From assembly GCA_029552245.1 (NCBI GenBank), contig JAKPDW010000077.1:64438-128437 (forward strand): a stretch of DNA of 64,000 nucleotides, in the 5' to 3' direction. The first letter of the stretch is position 1. Each line of letters begins with the position of its first letter. A model generated the notes under the pieces. The model did no database searches and was not told where the DNA came from. It saw only the letters and a list, made by a program, of their open reading frames with translations. This document shows, piece by piece, positions 57,386 through 64,000 of the stretch. The position numbers were made by a program, and so were the translations under genes. The stretch is from Deltaproteobacteria bacterium (GTDB lineage: Bacteria; Desulfobacterota; Desulfomonilia; UBA1062).

Positions 57386-58720
57386 ATGAAGACGATGTTC
57401 ACGCTACAGGAAACCCCGTTTCCGCTGGTCATGCAGGAGATCGTCAAGGACTCCTTCACGGGGATCGTCTTCGTATCGAGCGACGCCTGGAAAAAGGGGC
57501 TCATCTTCAAGGGAGGGGGGCTCTGCGCGATCCAGTCCAACAGGACGGAGGAGCTGCTCGGGAACATCCTCGTGGAAATGGGGTTCATCTCGGCCGAGGA
57601 GAACGAGCGCTCCCTGGCAAGGAGTCGCACCGAGCGCCGCAAGCAGGGCGTGATCCTCCTCGAGATGGGGCTCGTGCAGTCCAGGGACATCAACGAGGCG
57701 CTTGCGGTCCAGACCGAGAAGCGGTTCTTGGACATCTTTTCGTGGGAGGACGGTCTCGTCCAGGTGGTCCCCAAGCAGGACATCGAGAAGAACCCCCTTG
57801 TGGGTGGACACCAGCTGGCACGACTCATCAGGAGAGGGGTCATGGAGTACGCCCCGTTCTCGGCGGTCATCACCTCGCTCTCGCCCTTCGCCGACGCAAC
57901 ACCCAAGGTCCTCGTGGACAGCCTGCCGGCCGACGTCGGCGTAGACCTCCTCGACATGTCGCACTACAAGGTCTCAGAGATCCTGCTGCTCGGGCAGGAC
58001 CCGTCGAGGGCTCTTCTCGGGCTCTATTGCACGGGCGATGTCAGTTTCGAGGAGAGCAGGTACAAGGCCCTCATAGACACCCTCAGGCAGAAACTCAAGA
58101 CCATCAAGGACCAGGACCCGTTCCAGGTCCTCGGCGTGGACAGGCAGATCTCTGACGGCGGGCTCAAGCGCGCCTACATCAAGATCGTCAAGGCCAACCA
58201 CCCGGACACCTACGCACATGCCGACGACCCCGAGGTGAGACGCCTCGCGAACGAGGTCTTCACCGAGATCCAGAAGGCGTACTCTGCGGTCACGAAGATC
58301 CGCGCAGGCCAGAGCGTGGAAGAACCCAAGGGCATCGACGAGAGCATCCAGGCGGAGATCCTCTACGGCAAGGGCCTGGAGTACCTCAAGGCCAGGGACT
58401 ACAACAAGGCGATAGACTGCCTGAAACTCTGCATGAAACTCAGGCCCGAAGAGAGGGTCTTCACGGAGACCTACGTCAAGACGCTCTTCCTCAGGCTCCA
58501 GAACACCGGCACAGGGAGCTCAATCGAGATCAAGACCGCCATCCGTGACGGGCTGAACCGTTTCCCGTCTTCCGACACCCTGTGGCTCATCTACGGCTGG
58601 CTCCTCAAGAGGGAAGGTTCTAAGAAGGCGGTGGAGGCGTTCAAAAAGGCCCTCGAGATCAACAAGGACAATGTGGAGGCCCAGCGCGAGCTCAGGCTTT
58701 ACCAGATGAGGGAGAACTAG
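57386..58720 (+). CDS. DUF4388-like / DnaJ J-domain / TPR protein
   Basis: LLGNILVEMG..QGVILLEMG N-domain; DPFQVLGV..KANHPD J-domain; TPR-like C-terminus. Confidence 0.82.
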   Translation: MKTMFTLQETPFPLVMQEIVKDSFTGIVFVSSDAWKKGLIFKGGGLCAIQSNRTEELLGNILVEMGFISAEENERSLARSRTERRKQGVILLEMGLVQSRDINEALAVQTEKRFLDIFSWEDGLVQVVPKQDIEKNPLVGGHQLARLIRRGVMEYAPFSAVITSLSPFADATPKVLVDSLPADVGVDLLDMSHYKVSEILLLGQDPSRALLGLYCTGDVSFEESRYKALIDTLRQKLKTIKDQDPFQVLGVDRQISDGGLKRAYIKIVKANHPDTYAHADDPEVRRLANEVFTEIQKAYSAVTKIRAGQSVEEPKGIDESIQAEILYGKGLEYLKARDYNKAIDCLKLCMKLRPEERVFTETYVKTLFLRLQNTGTGSSIEIKTAIRDGLNRFPSSDTLWLIYGWLLKREGSKKAVEAFKKALEINKDNVEAQRELRLYQMREN

Positions 58721-59042
58721 GGCCCTTGGGCCTCTCTGAAGGTGCTTCCTCCCCGGGGCCTGTCGCAAGGCCGCGTCCCCGCACGAACACCGCCCTCGTC
58801 ACGAGCTCCCTCACCTTGGGCGGCAGGTACGCGGCGTCGTAATCCACCATCGCGATACCCTCTATCACGAGGCGGTTCTTCTCCCTGTACGGCGCGCGCT
58901 CGTCGAGGATCACGCACACCCGCCCGTTCACCCTGCATACGCCGCCTAGGCGGTTCAGCCTGTCCTGGATCACCTCCACGCCCGACGCCGTGGCAGCCTC
59001 GTAGAGTACCGCGAAGAGTTCCCTCCCCTTCCTGTCGTCCAC
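58692..59042 (-). CDS. Small hypothetical protein
   Basis: Follows the cupin gene; GGVCRVNG..VILD..YLPPKVRE looks like natural protein sequence. Confidence 0.6.
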   Translation of the reverse strand: MDDRKGRELFAVLYEAATASGVEVIQDRLNRLGGVCRVNGRVCVILDERAPYREKNRLVIEGIAMVDYDAAYLPPKVRELVTRAVFVRGRGLATGPGEEAPSERPKGPSSPSSGKA

Positions 59043-59054
59043 GCCCTCTTCCCC

Positions 59055-59423
59055 TCAAACGCGTCCGTAATCGTCCTCGAGCCTCACGATGTCGTCCTCC
59101 CCGAAGTAGTCGCCCATCTGGACCTCTATGAACACGAGGGGTTCTTCCCCGACGTTCTCCACCCGGTGCGGCGCCCCTTGCGGGATGTCCACCGACTGGC
59201 CCGGGCCCAGGCGCACGACCTCTTCACCCACGGTCACGAGCGCCTCACCCGCCACCACCACCCAGTGCTCACGCCTTCGCGAGTGGTACTGGAGGCTCAG
59301 CCTCTTTCCCGGCAATACCGTGATGCGCTTGACCTTGTGGTCTGCCCCGGTATCGGAAAGGATCTCGAACGAGCCCCAGGGCCTGTGTTCCATCTCGTGC
59401 CTCGTGTCCAAGAGCACCCCCAT
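59055..59423 (-). CDS. Mannose-6-phosphate isomerase type II C-terminal cupin
   Basis: RPWGSF, VKRITVLPGKRLSLQYH..RREHW, IEVQMGDYFGEDDIVRLEDDYGR. Confidence 0.93.
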   Translation of the reverse strand: MGVLLDTRHEMEHRPWGSFEILSDTGADHKVKRITVLPGKRLSLQYHSRRREHWVVVAGEALVTVGEEVVRLGPGQSVDIPQGAPHRVENVGEEPLVFIEVQMGDYFGEDDIVRLEDDYGRV

Positions 59424-59517
59424 CGCCCCCTAGCCGGGTCACGGCAGGGGGCGGCTCTGCCTTGCGATGACCGTCATCTTCGTCCCTGAGATACCCCCCG
59501 GCAGGGGCTGCTGCAAG

Positions 59518-59546
59518 AAAAAAAGGGGGGCGCCTTGCGCCCCCCT
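59518..59546 (-). terminator. Rho-independent terminator of the etf/oxidoreductase operon
   Basis: Minus strand AGGGGGGCGC-AAG-GCGCCCCCC followed by a T run. Confidence 0.85.
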
Positions 59547-59577
59547 CCATGCAGGTCCACTTCCGAGAATGCCCGCC

Positions 59578-61725
59578 TTACGCATCCCCTTCCGTCTTCT
59601 TCGGCTTCAGGTCGATGCCCGCAGCCCTCGCCACCAGGATCGCGATGTCAGCCGACTGGAGCTGTTCGCCGAGCTCGAGCTCCTTGATGCCGTCCGTCAG
59701 CATGGTGTAGCAGAACGGGCATGCGGTGCAGACGGTCTTCGCCCCGGCTTCCAGGGCCTGCCTGGTGCGCTTCTGGTTGATCCTGGTCCCCAGGTGCTCC
59801 TCCATCCACATCCTCCCGCCTCCTGCTCCGCAGCAGAAGCTCTTCGCGTGATGGCTCGACATCTCGACGACGGGGCTCGTGCTGATGGCCTTCAGGATGT
59901 CCCTCGGCTGGGTGTACACCTGGTTGTACCTGCCGAGGTAGCAGGAATCGTGGTACGTGACGGTCCCGAGATCGGTTATGGGTTCCTTGATCTTGATCCT
60001 GCCTTCCTTGATGAGCATGTCGAGGATCTCGGTGTAGTGGTAGACCTCGAAGTCGCCACCGAGTTCCTTGTAGTCGTACTTCAACGCGGTATAGCCGTGG
60101 GGGCAGAGCGTGATGATCTTCTTCACGCCGTAGCCCTTGAAGGTCTCGATGTTTGCCGTGGCCAGCGCCTGGAAGATGTACTCGTTCCCGATCTTCTTGG
60201 CCGAGTCGCCGCAACAACCCTCCTCGGTGCCGAGGATCGCGTAGTCGAGCCCCGCCTCGTTGAAGATCTTGGCCAGGGCCACTGCGGCCCTCTTGTTGAG
60301 ATCGTCGAACGCACCGGCGCAGCCTACGTAGAAGAGGTACTCCGCGCTCCCCTTCTCGGACATCAACGGCACGTCGTGCCCCTTGGCCCAGTCCGCCCTC
60401 AGGTGTGCGCCGATACCCCACGGGTTGGAGTTGTTCTCCATGCCCTTGAACACGCCCTGGAGTTCTGGTGCGAAATCCGACTCCATCATGACGAGGTAGC
60501 GCCTGAGATCGATGAGCTTCGGGAATTGCAGGATATAAGCGGGGCAGGCCTCGACGCAGGCCATGCAGGTCGTACAGGCCCACGCGGTCTCCTTCTCGAT
60601 GCAGTCGCCGATGAGAGACGGACCGGTGTACGACTCGTCGGGCAGGATATGGTACACGCCGTTCGCGTCCAGGGCGAACTTCGCCTTCTGCTCCATGTGG
60701 GTCCTGATGTTCTGGATCACGTCCCTGGGCTTGAGAGGCTTGTCCGTGTTGAAGGCGGGGCAGACCTCGACGCACCTGCCGCAACGCATGCAGGCCTCCT
60801 GGTCGAAGAGGTCCTTCCACGAGTATTCCTCGACCTTGTGGATGCCGAAGGTCTCCGCGCACTCGAACATCTCCGGAGGCATCACCTTGATCGGGGGCTG
60901 CGGGGTGGTGGGTCTCAGGAAGATGTTCACGGGGGTCATGAAGATGTGCATGAGCTTCGTGTAGCCGATGTACACGAAGAACGTGAGCGCCATGAGCACA
61001 TGGATCCACCACATGAAGTAGTGCAGACCGCGCATGGACCTCTCGTCCATCCAGGAGAAGACGAAACCGATCGCATACCCGCCCGGAGATGTCCAGATGT
61101 AGGGATGCACCGGGTGGGCGGGGTTGGTCTCGGTGGCATGGATCCTCAACCCCTCGACGATGAACCCGGTCAGGAGGATGGCCAGGATGAACCACAGGGT
61201 GAAGTTGTCCTCGGGCTTCTCGTCGAGCCAGGCCGGCTTGATCGAGTACCTCCGGTACAGGGCCATGACGACGCCCACGATGCACAGGAGGCCGAACACG
61301 TCCGCGAAGAGCGAGAGGGCAAGGTAGAACCCGCCCTTCATGAACCATATGCCCGTGATCGGGTAGAGGATATCCGCCTGGAAGAAAACGATGGCCGTGG
61401 TGATGGTGAGCGCCACGAAACCATAGAAGATGAAGAAGTGAAAGATTCCCTGGTAAGGTTCCCTGAGGATCTTGCGGTGCGCGAAGACGTCGACGATCGC
61501 GTACCACAGCCTCGATTTCCAGTTGTCGAGCCTGTCGACATCCGTTCCCTGGGCCTTGAAGATCACCTTGAGCCTCGTTCCGAACCCGCCCTTGTACAGC
61601 GCCCTGACCAGCGCCCCGATCGCCGCCAGCGCGAGGATGTAGAGCAGGATCTGCTCGGTGTATGACCCCGGGCTCAGGATATTCCAAAAGACTTCACGGG
61701 TTACTTCTCCTTGTGGACCGTGCAT
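59578..61725 (-). CDS. Membrane-bound Fe-S oxidoreductase (NarI-like membrane + 2x4Fe-4S + CCG domains; EtfAB:quinone oxidoreductase/FadF-like)
   Basis: TM region with His residues; CMRCGRCVEVCP, CTTCMACVEACP; CCGDS, HDSCYLGR, FCCGAGGG, TACPFC. Confidence 0.9.
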   Translation of the reverse strand: MHGPQGEVTREVFWNILSPGSYTEQILLYILALAAIGALVRALYKGGFGTRLKVIFKAQGTDVDRLDNWKSRLWYAIVDVFAHRKILREPYQGIFHFFIFYGFVALTITTAIVFFQADILYPITGIWFMKGGFYLALSLFADVFGLLCIVGVVMALYRRYSIKPAWLDEKPEDNFTLWFILAILLTGFIVEGLRIHATETNPAHPVHPYIWTSPGGYAIGFVFSWMDERSMRGLHYFMWWIHVLMALTFFVYIGYTKLMHIFMTPVNIFLRPTTPQPPIKVMPPEMFECAETFGIHKVEEYSWKDLFDQEACMRCGRCVEVCPAFNTDKPLKPRDVIQNIRTHMEQKAKFALDANGVYHILPDESYTGPSLIGDCIEKETAWACTTCMACVEACPAYILQFPKLIDLRRYLVMMESDFAPELQGVFKGMENNSNPWGIGAHLRADWAKGHDVPLMSEKGSAEYLFYVGCAGAFDDLNKRAAVALAKIFNEAGLDYAILGTEEGCCGDSAKKIGNEYIFQALATANIETFKGYGVKKIITLCPHGYTALKYDYKELGGDFEVYHYTEILDMLIKEGRIKIKEPITDLGTVTYHDSCYLGRYNQVYTQPRDILKAISTSPVVEMSSHHAKSFCCGAGGGRMWMEEHLGTRINQKRTRQALEAGAKTVCTACPFCYTMLTDGIKELELGEQLQSADIAILVARAAGIDLKPKKTEGDA

Positions 61726-61760
61726 AGCCCCCCCCAGAATCGTTTGATATGGTTCACGTA

Positions 61761-61795
61761 CTCCGGGGGCGGACCTGTTCGACCCGCCCCCGGAG
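61761..61795. other. Intercistronic hairpin between etfA and the oxidoreductase gene
   Basis: CTCCGGGGGCGG-N11-CCGCCCCCGGAG perfect 12-bp stem, no U-tract. Confidence 0.55.
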
Positions 61796-61807
61796 ACCTT
61801 CCATCAG

Positions 61808-62776
61808 CTAACCCTTGATCTTCTTGATCTCCTCTATGAGCGCCGGGACGACGTTGAAGAGATCGTCGACAACCCCGTAGTCCGCCTTGGTGAAGATGGG
61901 GGCCTCGGGATCCTTGTTGATCGCCACGATGACCTTGGAAGTGCCCATGCCAGCGAGGTGCTGGATGGCGCCGGAGATGCCGCAGGCGATGTAGAGATTC
62001 GGGCTCACGGTCTTACCGGTCTGGCCGACCTGGTACGAATGGGCTCTCCAGCCGGCGTCCACCGCCGCCCTGGATGCGCCCGTGGTGGCCGTGGGTCCGA
62101 AGAGCTTCGCGAGGTCTTCGAGCATCTTGAAGTTCTCGGGTCCCTTCATGCCCCTGCCGCCGGAGACGATGATCTCGGCCTCGGTCTGGTCGGGCTCGGT
62201 GGTCGCCGCCACCTCGACCGCCTTGACCTGGACCTTGATCTTGGAGGCATCGAGGTTCACCGCCACCTTCTCCACCGCGCCGGCGCCTGCGATCTCCTTG
62301 AAACCGAGGGCGTTGGGCCTGACCGAGATGACCTGGGGAGTGCCCACGGCCTCGACAAGGGCATAGGCCTTGCCAGCATACATGGGCCTCTTGGCGATGA
62401 CCTTGTCGCCTTCCTTCTTCAGTTCCACGCAGTCCGAGACGGCGCCGACGTTGAGGCGGGCCGCAACGGCCGGGGTGAAGTCCTTGCCCTGCGCGGAGGC
62501 GCTGGTGAGGATGACCGTGGGCTGCACGGTATTGGCCACCTGAACGAAGGCCTGGACGAACGCCTCGGGGACGTAGTTCTCGAACTCGGGGCCGTCCACC
62601 ACGTAGATCTTGTCGGCGCCGTACTTCGCGAGCTGAGGCGCCAGGGCCTCCGCCCCCTTGCCGATGATGCACGCGGCCACCTCGCCGCCGAACTCCTTGG
62701 CCTTGCTCGTTATCTCGAAGGCGCCCTTCTTGATCTCGCCCTTCTGTACTTCCGCGTAAATGAGTGTTCCTGCCAT
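61808..62776 (-). CDS. etfA: Electron transfer flavoprotein alpha subunit
   Basis: [50 protein letters not shown]. Confidence 0.97.
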   Translation of the reverse strand: MAGTLIYAEVQKGEIKKGAFEITSKAKEFGGEVAACIIGKGAEALAPQLAKYGADKIYVVDGPEFENYVPEAFVQAFVQVANTVQPTVILTSASAQGKDFTPAVAARLNVGAVSDCVELKKEGDKVIAKRPMYAGKAYALVEAVGTPQVISVRPNALGFKEIAGAGAVEKVAVNLDASKIKVQVKAVEVAATTEPDQTEAEIIVSGGRGMKGPENFKMLEDLAKLFGPTATTGASRAAVDAGWRAHSYQVGQTGKTVSPNLYIACGISGAIQHLAGMGTSKVIVAINKDPEAPIFTKADYGVVDDLFNVVPALIEEIKKIKG

Positions 62777-62794
62777 GGCTCGTCCCTCCCCACC

Positions 62795-63571
62795 TTAGAT
62801 GATCTTCACTTCTTCGTGCAAGGCCTTCGCAAGCGCCGCCGCCTTGGCCTTCGCATCGTCGCCGGTGATGATCTTGCCGGCCTGGCGGGCAGGAGGCAAG
62901 GACATCTCCTTGATCACGGTCATGGGACCCGCGCTCACGCCGAGAGCGCCGGCGTTCTTGACGTCGACGGGCTTCTTCTTGGCCTTCATGATGCCGGGCA
63001 GAGAGGCGTACCTGGGCTCGTTGAGACCCTTCTGCGCCGAGAACACCGCCGGCAGCGGCACCTCGACCACCATCTGGCCGCCCTCGATCTCCCTCGTCAC
63101 GGTCGCCGTCTTCTTGTCGGCCGACACCTCGAACTTGATCACCTGGGTGACCACGGGCAGTCCGAGCAGCTCGCCCAAGAAGGCCGGCACCTGTCCGGCG
63201 TCGTCGTCGATGGCCTGCTTGCCGAGGAACACCGCGTCATAGGTGAGCCCCTTGATGGCGGCGGCCAGCACCTGGGCGGTGGCGTACGGGTCGGCCGTGT
63301 CGTAGTACGCGCCGTCGTTGATGTGCACCGCGTCGTCCGCGCCCATTGCCAAGGCGGTGCGGATCGACTCGATGGCCCTGTCAGGGCCCAGCGAGACGAT
63401 GGTCACCTTGCCCGCGTTCATCTTCTCCTTCTGACGGATCGCCTCTTCGACGGCGAACTCGTCGTACGGATTGATGACCCACTTGATACCCTCTGTTGCG
63501 ATGGATGTACCCGCGACCTTGATCAAGGTCTCCGTGTCAGGTACCTGCTTCAAGCACACAACGGTATTCAC
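62795..63571 (-). CDS. etfB: Electron transfer flavoprotein beta subunit
   Basis: VCLKQVPD, INPYDEFAVEEA, LAMGAD, GKQAIDDD, NEPRYASL. Confidence 0.97.
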   Translation of the reverse strand: MNTVVCLKQVPDTETLIKVAGTSIATEGIKWVINPYDEFAVEEAIRQKEKMNAGKVTIVSLGPDRAIESIRTALAMGADDAVHINDGAYYDTADPYATAQVLAAAIKGLTYDAVFLGKQAIDDDAGQVPAFLGELLGLPVVTQVIKFEVSADKKTATVTREIEGGQMVVEVPLPAVFSAQKGLNEPRYASLPGIMKAKKKPVDVKNAGALGVSAGPMTVIKEMSLPPARQAGKIITGDDAKAKAAALAKALHEEVKII

Positions 63572-63628
63572 ACCAAACCTCCTTCCTGGGTTTTTTATCC
63601 CTCGGGCTTCTCTGTGTCGAGCCCTCTC

Positions 63629-64000
63629 TTATCCCTTGCCCGTGTCCTTTTCAGCGGGCTGCTTCGCCTTGAGCATGCCATTCAAGAACATCTTGCCGAC
63701 CATGACCGCCACCTCGTGAACGTCGTACCTCCTGCGCTTTGCGGTGATCAGGAAGGTGGAGAGCTCGTCCAAGGACCCGAAGATGACCCTCGCGCAGAGC
63801 TCGGGCCTCAATCCATCGTCGAAGATCCCCTCTTCCTGCCCCTGAGCCACGATGTCCGCGATGATGTTGAGGTAGGCGATGAAGTGCTTGTTCTTGTATT
63901 CCCGCATGAACTTGTTCGACTGCCTGAGCTCCACCTGCATGACCTCCGCGAGCGCCCTGTCGGACTCCACGATGGTGAGGTGGTTGTCGCAGAACTTGAT
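63629..64000 (-). CDS. TetR-family regulator (FadR/YsiA-like C-terminal domain), 5'-truncated by window edge
   Basis: Frame is open to the window end; LAEVMQVELRQS..IVAQGQEEGIF..IFGSLDE. Confidence 0.8.
   Translation of the reverse strand: MKFCDNHLTIVESDRALAEVMQVELRQSNKFMREYKNKHFIAYLNIIADIVAQGQEEGIFDDGLRPELCARVIFGSLDELSTFLITAKRRRYDVHEVAVMVGKMFLNGMLKAKQPAEKDTGKG

Overview
GC-rich chromosomal window. Gene content (sigma-54 activators, 2-oxoacid:ferredoxin oxidoreductase, glycyl radical enzymes, EtfAB with a membrane Fe-S oxidoreductase, FeoAB, hemerythrin) suggests an anaerobic Desulfobacterota/'deltaproteobacterial', possibly syntrophic, organism (inference). I recognised no rRNA, tRNA, transposase, integrase or cas gene. 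Order of contents: two convergent kinase/exported-accessory/sigma-54-activator triads; an orphan flagellar-rod-like gene and tatA; paaK-like ligase; pgk-tpiA-secG; a vor-type oxidoreductase operon with an ACT protein; three hsp20 genes and clpB sharing an RpoH-like promoter; nrpR with a perfect GGAA-N6-TTCC operator; a GntR-led operon with two divergent glycyl radical enzymes, one activase and a tandem split-barrel protein; a HEAT/HD-GYP pair beside a giant polytopic diguanylate cyclase; asd; fur-feoAB; rrf2-nadA-metY divergent from cysK-MOSC; and tetR-etfBA-membrane oxidoreductase. The two most promising candidates for something undescribed are (1) the dual glycyl-radical-enzyme operon and (2) five dispersed intergenic mini-arrays of 24-30 nt direct repeats with unique 30-37 nt spacers at a 59-63 bp period, with no cas genes in the window. 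Start codons were adjusted by eye from the ORF track. All family calls come from motif recognition, not database searches.
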